NCBI GenBank assembly: GCA_964642655.1
Contig: CAZXOY010000002.1
Span: 41,866 to 105,865, forward strand
Source of the DNA: an uncultured bacterium
GTDB taxonomy: Bacteria > Deinococcota > Deinococci > Deinococcales > Marinithermaceae
Reading direction: 5' to 3'
Length of the DNA stretch: 64,000 bases
Shown here: positions 1-9,405 of the stretch, piece after piece
How positions within the stretch are numbered: position 1 is the stretch's first letter
How the letters are laid out: each line of letters begins with the position of its first letter
Position numbers and translations under genes: made by a program
The notes under the pieces: model-generated
The model's database searches: none
The model's input: the letters and a program-made list of their open reading frames with translations, nothing else
Told to the model about the DNA's origin: nothing

Positions 1-2130
1 CTCGCTTCGCTCAACGACGAACAACGACGCGTTGTCCTCCACCACCTCGGCCCGGCCCTGGTGGTCGCCGGGGCCGGCTCTGGGAAAACGCGCACCGTGG
101 TCCACCGGATCGCCTACCTGATCGCCGAGCGCGGGGTTCACCCGGCGGAGATCCTGGCCGTCACTTTTACCAACAAAGCTGCTCAGGAAATGCGGGAGCG
201 GCTTGAAGCGATGATCGGCCGGGCGGCGAGCGAGCTCTGGGTGGCCACCTTCCACGCCGCCGCGCTCAGGATTCTCCGCGTCTACGGCAACCGGATCGGC
301 CTCCCGAGCGGCTTCCCGGTTTACGACGACGATGATCAGCTCTCGCTCATCAAAGCGATCCTTGCCGATCTCGGCCTCGAGGCCCGGCCCACCGCCGTCC
401 GCAGCTGGATCGACCGCGTCAAATCGAGCATGGCCGGCAGCGACACGACCCGCTGGGTCGAGGCCCTGCCCGAGTGGGTGGCCGGCCTCCACCGGGAACG
501 CTTCGCCGAGGTCTTCAGCGCCTACCAAGGCCGGTTGAAGGCACTGGGGGCGGTCGATTTCTCCGATTTGCTCCTCCGCACCATCGAACTCTTCCAAAGC
601 AACCCCGAGGCGCTTCGCCGGGTGCAGAGCCGGGCACGCTTCATCCACGTCGACGAGTACCAGGACACCAACCCCGCCCAGTACCGGCTCACCCGCTTGC
701 TCGCCGGCGAAGCGGCCAACCTCATGGTGGTCGGCGACCCCGACCAGTCGATCTACGCCTTCCGGAGCGCCGACCTCCGGAACATCCTTCGCTTTACCGA
801 AGACTACCCGGGCGCCACCGTCTATCGGCTGGAAACCAACTACCGCTCAAGCGCCGCGATCCTCAAAGTCGCCAACGCGGTCATCGAAAAAAACGAAGCC
901 CGACTCGAGAAGGTGCTCAGGCCCTCGAAGAGCGAAGGCGAACCGGTGCGCCTTTTCGCGGCCTACGATCACCGAGACGAAGCCGAGTTCGTGGCCAGCG
1001 AAGCCAAATCCCTGTTGGTGCGCTATCGCCCGGGCGAAATCGCCGTCCTCTACCGGACCAACGCGCAGTCGCGGGTTTTGGAAGAGGCGTTCAGACGCGA
1101 AAACGTCCCCGCCAAGGTGGTGGGTGGGGTCGGGTTCTTCTCGCGCAAGGAGATCAAGGACGTCCTCGCCTACGCCCGCGCCGCGCTCAATCCCCGCGAC
1201 GACGTGGCCATGAAGCGCATCATCAACACCCCGCCGCGGGGTCTGGGGGCGAAAAGCCTGGAAAAGATCGAGGCTCAGGCGAAAGAGAGCGGCCTTGGGT
1301 TCCACGCCGCCTTGCGCCTGGCGACGACGATCCTGGCACCCCGTCAGGCCCAGGCGGTCCGCGGCTTTATTGAACTCCTGGACACCCTGGCGGAGCAGGC
1401 GGATAAACTCGGGCCACGGGCCTTTTTTGAGCTGGTGCTCTCGGAAAGCGGTTATAAGCAGGCGTTGGCCCTCGAGGCCAGCGGCAAGGAGCGGCTGGAA
1501 AACCTCGAGGAGCTGCTCCGCGCCGCCGGCGAGTGGGAGGAGGCCCAAGGTGGCACGGTGGCCGAGTTCCTCGACGAGATCTCGCTCACCGCACGCGCCG
1601 AGGAACCGGGGGGCCCAGAGGGCGACGCCGTCAGCCTGATGACGCTCCACAACGCCAAGGGTCTCGAGTTCCCGGTCGTCTTTTTGGTGGGGGTCGAGGA
1701 GGGACTCTTGCCCCACCGTTCGAGCACGACCCTGGAAGCCCTGGAGGAAGAACGACGGCTGTTCTACGTCGGGGTCACCCGGGCCATGGAACGCCTCTAC
1801 CTCTCCTACGCCCGCGAACGCGAAACCTACGGCCGGCGGGAGAAGAGCCAAAAGAGCCGCTTCATCGAAGAGATCCCGGCCGGGCTGCTCCAGCCGGTCC
1901 ACACCGCCAGCGCCCCTCCCCCAGCCCCGAAGTCACCCCGGCCGACGGCGAGCAGCCACGCCACGTTCAAGGGCGGCGAGCGGGTCAGGCACCCCCGGTT
2001 CGGCGTGGGGGTCGTGGTCGCGGCCAGGGGCGAGGGCGCCCGGGCCGAGGTCACGGTTCACTTTGACGGGGTCGGTCTCAAGAAGCTTTTGGTGAAGTAC
2101 GCCGGGCTCGAACGTCTACCGGGGCCTTGA
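1..2130 (+). CDS. uvrD: ATP-dependent DNA helicase UvrD/PcrA (5' end lies outside window)
   Basis: Reading frame is open from nt 1 (LNDEQRRVVLHHLGPALVVAGAGSGKT = UvrD N-terminus/Walker A); helicase motifs continue through the 689-aa ORF; TGA at 2128. Confidence 0.9.
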   Translation, partial: LASLNDEQRRVVLHHLGPALVVAGAGSGKTRTVVHRIAYLIAERGVHPAEILAVTFTNKAAQEMRERLEAMIGRAASELWVATFHAAALRILRVYGNRIGLPSGFPVYDDDDQLSLIKAILADLGLEARPTAVRSWIDRVKSSMAGSDTTRWVEALPEWVAGLHRERFAEVFSAYQGRLKALGAVDFSDLLLRTIELFQSNPEALRRVQSRARFIHVDEYQDTNPAQYRLTRLLAGEAANLMVVGDPDQSIYAFRSADLRNILRFTEDYPGATVYRLETNYRSSAAILKVANAVIEKNEARLEKVLRPSKSEGEPVRLFAAYDHRDEAEFVASEAKSLLVRYRPGEIAVLYRTNAQSRVLEEAFRRENVPAKVVGGVGFFSRKEIKDVLAYARAALNPRDDVAMKRIINTPPRGLGAKSLEKIEAQAKESGLGFHAALRLATTILAPRQAQAVRGFIELLDTLAEQADKLGPRAFFELVLSESGYKQALALEASGKERLENLEELLRAAGEWEEAQGGTVAEFLDEISLTARAEEPGGPEGDAVSLMTLHNAKGLEFPVVFLVGVEEGLLPHRSSTTLEALEEERRLFYVGVTRAMERLYLSYARERETYGRREKSQKSRFIEEIPAGLLQPVHTASAPPPAPKSPRPTASSHATFKGGERVRHPRFGVGVVVAARGEGARAEVTVHFDGVGLKKLLVKYAGLERLPGP

Positions 2131-2434
2131 GGTAGCGACGGCCCCAGCGCTCGATCGCGGCGATCACCGCATCAAGGTCCCGCCCGGCTTCGGTGAGCCG
2201 GTAACGGGTCCGAGGCGGCATGCTGGAGAGCACTTCCTTTTCCACCACGCCGATCTCCACCAACTGCTCCAGGCGCTGCGCCAGCGTGGTGGGGTTGACG
2301 CCTCCAACCGCCCGGGCCAGCTCGTTGAACCCTTTCGGGCCGGCGAGGAGGGCACGGACGATGTGCAGCGTCCACTTGCCTTGCAGCACGTTGATGGCTT
2401 CGTAAACGGGGCAAAATGCCCGATCCTCGGTCAC
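2078..2434 (-). CDS. HxlR-family (MarR-like wHTH) transcriptional regulator
   Basis: 118 aa, typical HxlR size and signature (CPVYEAINVLQGKWTLHIVRAL...RYRLTEAG); GTG start at 2432-2434 sits 6 nt after a TAGAAT -10 (leaderless-type). Confidence 0.8.
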   Translation of the reverse strand: MTEDRAFCPVYEAINVLQGKWTLHIVRALLAGPKGFNELARAVGGVNPTTLAQRLEQLVEIGVVEKEVLSSMPPRTRYRLTEAGRDLDAVIAAIERWGRRYLKAPVDVRARRTSPKAS

Positions 2435-2456
2435 TTCCGTATTCTACCACGACCAA

Positions 2457-2477
2457 GTGATATGTGTTTCATAGCAC
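2457..2477. promoter_or_regulatory. Imperfect inverted repeat GTGATATG-N5-CATAGCAC between divergent hxlR-like and CDGSH genes (candidate operator)
   Basis: 7/8 complementary arms read directly from the sequence; abuts the -35 of the CDGSH promoter. Confidence 0.3.
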
Positions 2478-2506
2478 TTGACAAAATGTAGCCTTAGAAA
2501 TAGGGT
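2478..2506 (+). promoter_or_regulatory. Sigma-A-like promoter for the CDGSH gene (-35 TTGACA, 17-bp spacer, -10 TAGGGT)
   Basis: TTGACA at 2478-2483, TAGGGT at 2501-2506, GGAGGTG SD at 2514-2520, ATG at 2526. Confidence 0.4.
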
Positions 2507-2525
2507 GTCCTTTGGAGGTGAGAGC

Positions 2526-2732
2526 ATGAAGATCAAGGTCACCGCGCTGGAAAACGGCCCCTACCTGGTCCCAACCGGGGGGAAGTACGCGCTCAACGGC
2601 GAGGAGAAGGAAGGCAAACAGGTCGCGCTTTGCCGCTGCGGCCATTCCAAAAATAAGCCCTTCTGCGACGGGGCCCACAAAGAGGCCGGATTTACAGCCC
2701 CGGCGGCCGAGATCGAAATCGAGGTCGAATAA
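2526..2732 (+). CDS. CDGSH-type iron-sulfur domain protein (mitoNEET-like zinc-finger fold)
   Basis: CRCGHSKNKPFCDGAH matches the CDGSH [2Fe-2S] signature; ATG preceded by GGAGGTG; 68 aa. Confidence 0.8.
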   Translation: MKIKVTALENGPYLVPTGGKYALNGEEKEGKQVALCRCGHSKNKPFCDGAHKEAGFTAPAAEIEIEVE

Positions 2733-2739
2733 CAAACGG

Positions 2740-2789
2740 GCAGCAAAGCATCACGCGCACCCCACTCGGCGGTGCGCGCGCTTTGCTGC
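2740..2789. terminator. Bidirectional rho-independent-type hairpin between convergent CDGSH and CBS genes
   Basis: GCAGCAAAGC ... GCTTTGCTGC 10-bp arms enclosing a nested CGCGCACC/GGTGCGCG hairpin. Confidence 0.55.
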
Positions 2790-2805
2790 GGGACTCGGGC
2801 CGTCA

Positions 2806-3450
2806 TTACAGGCGGGGTTCGCTCTTTCGAACATCAACCACGGTTTCGCCCGCGGCCTTCAGCCGCTCCGGGACGTCCTCAGCCCCGTCGCCGGTGACGC
2901 GCATGACGATCCGGCGCAAGCCACCGTGCATTCCCGCTGTGGCCACCGAAACGATGTTCGCCGGCGGAACCGCCTGCGCCGCCCTGGCCAGCGCACCCGG
3001 GCGGTCGGGGGTATCGAAGGTAATGCGGAGCCCTCCTTCCTTCAGCCCCATGACCTCGATGAAGGATTTGAGCACATCGGTGATGGTGATGATGCCGACC
3101 AGGCGGCCGCCCTCGAGGACAGGCAGACCGCCAATTTTATACTCTTCCATTAAAAGAGCCGCTTCCTCCAGGGGCTCGTCAACCCCCACCGTGATCACCG
3201 GCTTGGCCATCACCTCACTGACGGTGAGCTTGGACAGGAGGTAGTTGAGCTCCCACACCGAGAGGGTGGTCGCCTTTGACGGCATGGCGTCTTTCAGGTC
3301 CTTATCGGTAACGATCCCCACCAAGCGACCGTTTTCGACCACGGGCAGGCGCCGGAACCCCTTCTCCTTCAAATGGCGCATGGCTTCGAGAACCGGCGTA
3401 TCCGGTCGGATCGTCACCGGATCCGGCGTCATCCACTCACGAACCAGCAT
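2806..3450 (-). CDS. CBS-pair + ACT domain protein (AcuB-like)
   Basis: Two CBS motifs ([22 protein letters not shown]) followed by an ACT-like C-terminus; start taken at the internal ATG 3448-3450, which has a GGAGGTGG SD, rather than at the extended ORF. Confidence 0.8.
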   Translation of the reverse strand: MLVREWMTPDPVTIRPDTPVLEAMRHLKEKGFRRLPVVENGRLVGIVTDKDLKDAMPSKATTLSVWELNYLLSKLTVSEVMAKPVITVGVDEPLEEAALLMEEYKIGGLPVLEGGRLVGIITITDVLKSFIEVMGLKEGGLRITFDTPDRPGALARAAQAVPPANIVSVATAGMHGGLRRIVMRVTGDGAEDVPERLKAAGETVVDVRKSEPRL

Positions 3451-3553
3451 TCTCCACCTCCACGGAACGATTATAGTCATGGGTTTACGAACAAACGTCC
3501 CCGCTCTCACCGCTCTCACCGCACCTTCACCCGCACGGCCTAGACTTTCCAGC

Positions 3554-4054
3554 ATGAAACGGTCTTACCTCGCCTTATTCGCGCTGGCGCTTCTGGCCCT
3601 CGCCGCCTACCCCTATGCACAAAACAAGAACGTGCCAGCACGCGTCGGTTTCGTCGATGCCGAAAGCCTCATCCAGGCACATCCCGCCTATCCCGAGGTC
3701 CAAAAACTCCAGCAGCAGGCCGATGCCGCCATGCGCCCGTTGATCGAAAAGCTGACCCCGCTGGAACAAAAGCTCCGCGCCGGAACCGCGACGGAAAAGG
3801 AGCGGCAGGACTACCAGACCCTGAGCCAGGCGCTCAAGAAGGTGCAGGACGAATGGCGTCCAAAGATTCAGGACAAACTGAACCCCATCGTCAAGGATGT
3901 CGACGCCGCCATTGCCCGCGTGGCCGAGGCGCAGGGGTTTTCCGTGGTGATGAACCGGCGCGTCGCCGCTCAGTCGAACCTGGTGGTCTACGCCGCGCCC
4001 TCCACCGACCTTACCGAAGCGGTCATTCAGGAACTGCGAAAAACGAAACCTTAA
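3554..4054 (+). CDS. OmpH/Skp-like periplasmic chaperone
   Basis: Signal peptide [23 protein letters not shown], then a coiled-coil-rich ~140-aa body typical of the OmpH family. Confidence 0.7.
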   Translation: MKRSYLALFALALLALAAYPYAQNKNVPARVGFVDAESLIQAHPAYPEVQKLQQQADAAMRPLIEKLTPLEQKLRAGTATEKERQDYQTLSQALKKVQDEWRPKIQDKLNPIVKDVDAAIARVAEAQGFSVVMNRRVAAQSNLVVYAAPSTDLTEAVIQELRKTKP

Positions 4055-4074
4055 AATCACGCCAAACGCGCCGT

Positions 4075-4099
4075 GCCCCCCGGAAAAATCCCGGGGGGC
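4075..4099 (+). terminator. Hairpin terminator after the skp-like gene
   Basis: GCCCCCCGG-aaaaat-CCGGGGGGC. Confidence 0.55.
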
Positions 4100-4139
4100 A
4101 TGCGTATACGTCGCAGGGAACGGGGTAGAATAAGCCCGC

Positions 4140-6872
4140 ATGGCGCGGCCAAAGAAGAAGAAAAGGAACGTCTCGCGTGGTGATGCCGAAGCCCTGGCGC
4201 TGGTCCTCTTTGGGTTTTTCCTTTTTCTGGCCGCCAGCCTCTATCCAGCGAAGCCGCTCTCGGGGGAGCTCGGCCAGGCGGTGAACCGGGCGCTGAAGAC
4301 CGGTCTGGGGGCCGCGGCTTACCTGCTCCCCATTCCCCTCGGGCTCAGCCCCTACTGGATCCTGGCCCGAAAACCCCTCGGCGGGCTGATCCGGGGGAGC
4401 GCATATGCTTTTATCGCAGCGTTGCTCGCCCTGCCGCTCCTCGCGCCCCTCGACCCCGGGCTCGGCGGGGAAGCCGGGCGTTTGGCGTATGAGGCCCTGG
4501 TGCGCGCCCTGGGCTCCGTCGGCCTAGCCCTGCCCGCGCTGGGCATCCTCCTCACCTACGACCTGGCCCGGCGCCGCCGCCCTTTGGAAACGCTCGTTCG
4601 CGTGAGCCGGGCGCTCGGAGCGCTCTGGCGTATCTACCGTGACCACCGTCAGAAAAAGGCGGAGCGAAAACGCCTCAAGCGACAGAGCGCGGCATTGCTC
4701 CGGGAAGCCACGTCGCTGCTCGAGCGCTACCCCGAACACACCTCGCTGCAAACGCTCGTCGCCGACCTCAAGCAACTCCTCAAAAAGCCCGACGCCGAGG
4801 CGCTCGAGGCCTGGCGAACCCTGCTCGATACCTTCCGGGACGAGCGGGTCTACGAGCTCCGGATCCGCCTCAAGGAAGAACCCCTACCCCTTTTGGCGGC
4901 GATCGAGCAGGACCTCAAGACACTCAGAGAAACCAGCACACGGGCCCACCCGCGGTTACGGCCCCTAGAAGAGCGCCGCCGGGCACTCATCCTCGAGTTC
5001 AAAGCCCTGCTCGCGCGGGCCCGGAACCTGCACCGCGAGCTCGATGGCGCTCTTTCGCGCCTCGAGAGCGACGACTTTTCCCTCGAGGCCGAACTCGAAG
5101 CCCACGAAGCACGAAAAAAGGCCTGGCAGTCCCTGGCCGAAGAACTCGAAGACCTCAAAACCCGAGCCGAGCGGTTCGAACTCTGGCGGACCTGGCTCCT
5201 TAAGGCCCCCGAAGAGGCGGTAGCGGCGGGGCTTAGGATCCTGTCGTCCCAGGGGATGCGGGCCCTTCCTCCAAAGATCAGCCAGGCGGAGGACGAAGCG
5301 GGGCTTGAGATCGAGCTGCCGGATCCGGCCCCCAAAGCCGAACCCGACACCGGCCGCCCAAAATCCGAGCCCAAAGCGTCGCCCCCACCCACGCCGATTC
5401 CCCTCTCCCGGGAACTGGCCCCGCCCCCGCCCGAGCTCTTCGACCCCCCCACCAGCACCCAGGTCGACCGCGGGGCCCTCGAGGCCGAGGCCGCCGAGCG
5501 CGCCGAGGTCATCAACAAGACGCTCACCCAGTTCGGTTTGAAAGCCCGGGTCGTGAACTGGGCCCGGGGTCCCGCCGTGACCCGCTACGAGGTGGAGCCG
5601 GCACCGGGGGAAAAGATCGCCCGCATCGCCAGCCTGGCCAACGACATCGCGCGGGCGCTCGCGGTTGGCTCGGTCCGCATCGAGGCCCCCATCCCGGGCA
5701 AGAGCGTGATCGGCCTCGAGGTCCCAAACCGGGACCGCGAGCTGGTCCGCTTTTCGGAAGCCCTGACGAACAGCAGCTACCAGCGATCGAGGGCGGCTTT
5801 GCCGCTCATCCTCGGTAAGAGCATCGAAGGCGAGTACTGGGTCAAAGACCTGGCCAAGATGCCGCACCTCCTCATCGCCGGTTCAACCGGCTCGGGGAAG
5901 TCGGTCAGCGTCAACACGCTGGTCATGAGCCTGCTTTGCAAGTACCTCCCCACCGAGCTCCGGCTTTTGATGATCGACCCCAAGATGGTCGAGCTCACCC
6001 CCTACGACGGCATCCCGCATCTCGTGCGCGGGGTCGTCACCAACCCAGCCGACGCGGCGGGCGTCCTCCTCGGGGCCGTGGCCCACATGGAGCGACGCTA
6101 CAAGATGATGAGCCAGGTCGGGGCGCGGAACCTGCAGCAATTCAACCGCAAGATGCGCGAAGCCGGCGAACCCACGCTTCCCTACCTCATCATCGTCATC
6201 GACGAGCTCGCCGATCTGATGATCACCAGCCCCAAGGAGGTCGAGCAAGCCATTTTGCGCCTGGCCCAGATGGCCCGCGCCACCGGCATGCACCTGATCC
6301 TGGCCACCCAGCGGCCCAGCGTGGACATTCTGACCAGCCTCATCAAGGTCAACATCCCGGCCCGGATCGCCTTTGCCGTCTCCTCGAGCCACGACTCCCG
6401 GACCATCCTCGACTCCACCGGGGCCGAGCGCCTCACCGGTCAGGGCGATATGCTCTTTTACCAGCCGGGGCTGCCCAAACCGGTCCGCCTCCAGGGCCCC
6501 TACCTCTCGGATCAGGAGATTCACCGCGTGGCGGCTTTCCTCAGGCAGCAGGAGTTCGAGGACGTCTTCGTCGAGAAATACGGCAGCGACTTCGACGGAC
6601 CCCCGATGTTCGGCGAGCACGAAGCCAAAACCCCGGGCCAGCTGGATTTCTCCGACCCGCTGCTCGAGGCCGCGGCCCGCATCGTGGTCGAGGAGGGCCA
6701 GGGGTCGGTCTCCAGGCTGCAGCGCCGGCTCTCGATCGGCCACGCCCGGGCTGGAAAGCTCATGGATCTCCTCGAGGCCATGGGGATCGTCGGCCCGCAT
6801 CAGGGATCGAAACCGCGGGAGGTGCTCATCGGTCCCGACGAGCTTCCAGAATACTTCGGCAAGGCCCAGTGA
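4140..6872 (+). CDS. ftsK: DNA translocase FtsK
   Basis: N-terminal TM helices, Pro-rich linker, AAA+ motor (GSTGSGKS Walker [12 protein letters not shown] Walker B), C-terminal gamma wHTH; 910 aa. Confidence 0.95.
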   Translation: MARPKKKKRNVSRGDAEALALVLFGFFLFLAASLYPAKPLSGELGQAVNRALKTGLGAAAYLLPIPLGLSPYWILARKPLGGLIRGSAYAFIAALLALPLLAPLDPGLGGEAGRLAYEALVRALGSVGLALPALGILLTYDLARRRRPLETLVRVSRALGALWRIYRDHRQKKAERKRLKRQSAALLREATSLLERYPEHTSLQTLVADLKQLLKKPDAEALEAWRTLLDTFRDERVYELRIRLKEEPLPLLAAIEQDLKTLRETSTRAHPRLRPLEERRRALILEFKALLARARNLHRELDGALSRLESDDFSLEAELEAHEARKKAWQSLAEELEDLKTRAERFELWRTWLLKAPEEAVAAGLRILSSQGMRALPPKISQAEDEAGLEIELPDPAPKAEPDTGRPKSEPKASPPPTPIPLSRELAPPPPELFDPPTSTQVDRGALEAEAAERAEVINKTLTQFGLKARVVNWARGPAVTRYEVEPAPGEKIARIASLANDIARALAVGSVRIEAPIPGKSVIGLEVPNRDRELVRFSEALTNSSYQRSRAALPLILGKSIEGEYWVKDLAKMPHLLIAGSTGSGKSVSVNTLVMSLLCKYLPTELRLLMIDPKMVELTPYDGIPHLVRGVVTNPADAAGVLLGAVAHMERRYKMMSQVGARNLQQFNRKMREAGEPTLPYLIIVIDELADLMITSPKEVEQAILRLAQMARATGMHLILATQRPSVDILTSLIKVNIPARIAFAVSSSHDSRTILDSTGAERLTGQGDMLFYQPGLPKPVRLQGPYLSDQEIHRVAAFLRQQEFEDVFVEKYGSDFDGPPMFGEHEAKTPGQLDFSDPLLEAAARIVVEEGQGSVSRLQRRLSIGHARAGKLMDLLEAMGIVGPHQGSKPREVLIGPDELPEYFGKAQ

Positions 6873-6898
6873 ACCCTGATTCTTGCGCATAATGAGGT

Positions 6899-7481
6899 AT
6901 GCGCCTCCAACTGGAACCGCTGCCGCGGAAGGTCCTTCGTGCCCGGTTTCGCTGGCAGATCCCCGAGCGCTTCAATATCGCCCAGACCCTCGAGGCCTCG
7001 GCCGAGCTGCACCCGGACCGAACTGCCCTCATCGAGCCCGAGGGCAGACGGGTGAGCTTTTGGCAAGCGAGCAACCTGGCCGCCCGGCTGGCGGGTGGCC
7101 TCGCCGACCTCGGGGTTCGCCCCGGCCAGGCGGTGATAAGAAGGGTACCTTTGGTTCAAGGCGCGTAAAGACGACCTCATCAACGTCGCTGGTTATCGGA
7201 TCGGCCCCTTCGAAGTCGAAGAAGCCTTGCTCTCGCATCGCGATGTGGCCCAGGCGGCGGTGATCGGGGCCGACGACCTCGAGCGCGGCCAGCGGATCGT
7301 GGCTTTCGTGGTTCTCAGGCCCGGGACCGGGCCAAATCCAAAGCTCGAGGCCGAGCTCAAGTCGCGTGTCAGGCAAAACGTCGGCCGCCACGCCACGCCG
7401 AGCGAGATCCGCTTCCTCGAAAACCTACCGACGACCGTCACCGGAAAGGTTCAGCGCCACCGCCTCCGGGCCCTGCTCTAG
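6899..7481 (+). pseudogene. Internally deleted, frameshifted remnant of an AMP-dependent acyl-CoA synthetase
   Basis: 6899-7136 (frame 2) encodes only the first ~80 aa of an acyl/acetyl-CoA synthetase (FNIAQTLE...ALIEPEGRRVSFWQ). A TAA at 7137-7139 is followed at 7140 in frame 3 by the extreme C-terminus (EGYLWFKARKDDLINVAGYRIGPFEVEEALLSHRDV...TVTGKVQRHRLRAL). The whole central adenylation domain, about 350 aa, is missing. Confidence 0.6.
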
Positions 7482-7566
7482 GGGCAGCGACCGAGGCGCC
7501 CCCGGTTCGCCCGTCACCTAAGCGCGCACCCCGGCGCGATAGACTGGGATCGAGGTGCCAGAAACT

Positions 7567-9396
7567 ATGGAGCATGAACGCATACCGATTGAGGTGTTCT
7601 TTGGTGACCCGGAAGTCATGCAGGTCGAGGTTAGCCCCGACGGCCGCTACGTGTCCTACCTCGCCCCCTGGGAAGGGGTGAAGAACGTCTGGGTCATGGA
7701 CCTCAAAACCAAGGAGCACTGGCCGGTGACCCGGGACCGGGGTCGCGGAATCGCTTTCCAGGGTTGGATGCCAAACGGCGAGCAGATCATTTATCTCCAG
7801 GACGAAGCCGGCGACGAGAACTGGCGGATCTATGCTGTCGGTTTGCGGGGCGGAGAACCCCTGCTGCTGACCCCGGGCCAGGGCGTCCAGGCCAGGCCTT
7901 TAAAGATCCACCCCAATTTTCCCGACGAAATCCTGGTGCTGGTCAACGACCGAAACCCCACCCTGCACGACGTCTACCGGGTGAACACCCAGAGCGGCGA
8001 GCGGTGGAAAGTTCTGGAGAATCCTGGATTCGTTGACTTTTTGGCAGATGAAAACTTCGAAATTCGCCTTGCTTACCGCCAAACCGAAGACGGGGGCGGC
8101 GAGGTCCTGGAAAAGCAGGGAAAAAAGTGGGCCCCGCGCCTCAATTGGGGGCTCGATGATGATCTCACCACCCGTCCCCTCGAGGTCCGGGGAAACACCC
8201 TTTACCTGATGTCCTCGCTGGGGCGTGACACCGGCGCCCTGGTGGCCTTCGATCTGACCAGCGGCGAGGCCCGCGTGCTCGCCGAGGACCCCAATTACGA
8301 CCTCCCCCACTTTGGTCTGTGGGGCTCGGGACTGCTCTTCCACCCCAGCGAAAAGACTCCGGAAGCGGTGGCGGTCATGCGCGATCGGCTGGGTTGGATC
8401 CCGCTGCAACAGGAGGTCGCCGACGATCTCGAGCGGCTCGGGGAGCTCGAGGCCGGCGACTTCTACATCACCAGCCGCGACGCCGAAAACAAAAAGTGGG
8501 TGGTGGCCGTGGTCTCCGACCGCAAAAGCCCCCGCTACTACCTCTACGACCGGGATGCGAAAAAGGCCTCACTGCTCTTTGTCACCCGGCCCAGGCTCGA
8601 CGAGTACACCCTGGCCGAACGCAAGCCCGTCCGTTACCGCGCCCGCGACGGCCTCGTGATCGAGGCCTATCTGACCCTTCCACCCCATAAGCCGCCCAAA
8701 AACCTGCCGGCGGTGGTCCTGGTCCACGGCGGCCCCTGGCATCGGGATGAGTGGGGCCTCGATCTGATGGCGCAGTGGCTCGCCAATCGCGGCTTCGCCG
8801 TGCTGCAGCCCAACTTCCGCGGCTCGACGGGCTACGGGAAGGCCTTCGTCAACGCCGGCAATAAGGAATGGGGCCGCAAGATGCAGCACGACATCACCGA
8901 CGGCGTCCGCTGGCTGATCGAGGAAGGCATCGCCGATCCCAAGCGCATCGGCATCATGGGGGGTTCCTACGGCGGTTACGCGACCCTCGCCGGGCTCGCC
9001 TTTACCCCCGAGCTCTACAGCGCCGGCGTCGACATCGTCGGCCCTTCAAACCTCTTCACGCTGCTTGAAAGCGTGCCCCCTTACTGGAAACCCATGCTGG
9101 CCCTCTTTTACGAACGCATGGGCCACCCGGAAAAAGACCGGGCGCTTTTGAGGGAACGCTCACCGCTCTTTTCCGCGGATCGGATCCAGGCCCCCTTGCT
9201 CATCGGGCAGGGGGCGAACGACCCCAGAGTCAAGCGGGCGGAGAGCCTGCAGATCGTCGAGGCGCTCAAGGCCAAGGGCAAGCCGGTGGAGTACGTTGAA
9301 TACCCCGATGAGGGCCATGGCTTTTTCAAGGCCGAAAACCGTCTCGACTTCTACCGGCGGGCCGAGCGTTTCCTCGAGACCCATCTCAAACCCTGA
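7567..9396 (+). CDS. S9-family serine peptidase (prolyl oligopeptidase/acylaminoacyl-peptidase type) with N-terminal beta-propeller
   Basis: GGSYGGY nucleophile elbow, Asp/His in C-terminal alpha/beta-hydrolase domain, propeller-like N-terminus; ATG 7567 after GAGGTG. Confidence 0.85.
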   Translation: MEHERIPIEVFFGDPEVMQVEVSPDGRYVSYLAPWEGVKNVWVMDLKTKEHWPVTRDRGRGIAFQGWMPNGEQIIYLQDEAGDENWRIYAVGLRGGEPLLLTPGQGVQARPLKIHPNFPDEILVLVNDRNPTLHDVYRVNTQSGERWKVLENPGFVDFLADENFEIRLAYRQTEDGGGEVLEKQGKKWAPRLNWGLDDDLTTRPLEVRGNTLYLMSSLGRDTGALVAFDLTSGEARVLAEDPNYDLPHFGLWGSGLLFHPSEKTPEAVAVMRDRLGWIPLQQEVADDLERLGELEAGDFYITSRDAENKKWVVAVVSDRKSPRYYLYDRDAKKASLLFVTRPRLDEYTLAERKPVRYRARDGLVIEAYLTLPPHKPPKNLPAVVLVHGGPWHRDEWGLDLMAQWLANRGFAVLQPNFRGSTGYGKAFVNAGNKEWGRKMQHDITDGVRWLIEEGIADPKRIGIMGGSYGGYATLAGLAFTPELYSAGVDIVGPSNLFTLLESVPPYWKPMLALFYERMGHPEKDRALLRERSPLFSADRIQAPLLIGQGANDPRVKRAESLQIVEALKAKGKPVEYVEYPDEGHGFFKAENRLDFYRRAERFLETHLKP

Positions 9397-9405
9397 GGCC
9401 CGGCG

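Noticed and set aside
3245-3553. N-terminal 100-aa extension of the Skp-like ORF in the six-frame track
   Set aside because: The extension overlaps the CBS gene on the other strand and lacks a start context. The ATG at 3554 begins a clean signal peptide.
5290-5480. Repeat-looking Pro/Glu/Ala-rich stretch
   Set aside because: It is the low-complexity linker between the FtsK membrane and motor domains, not a DNA repeat element.
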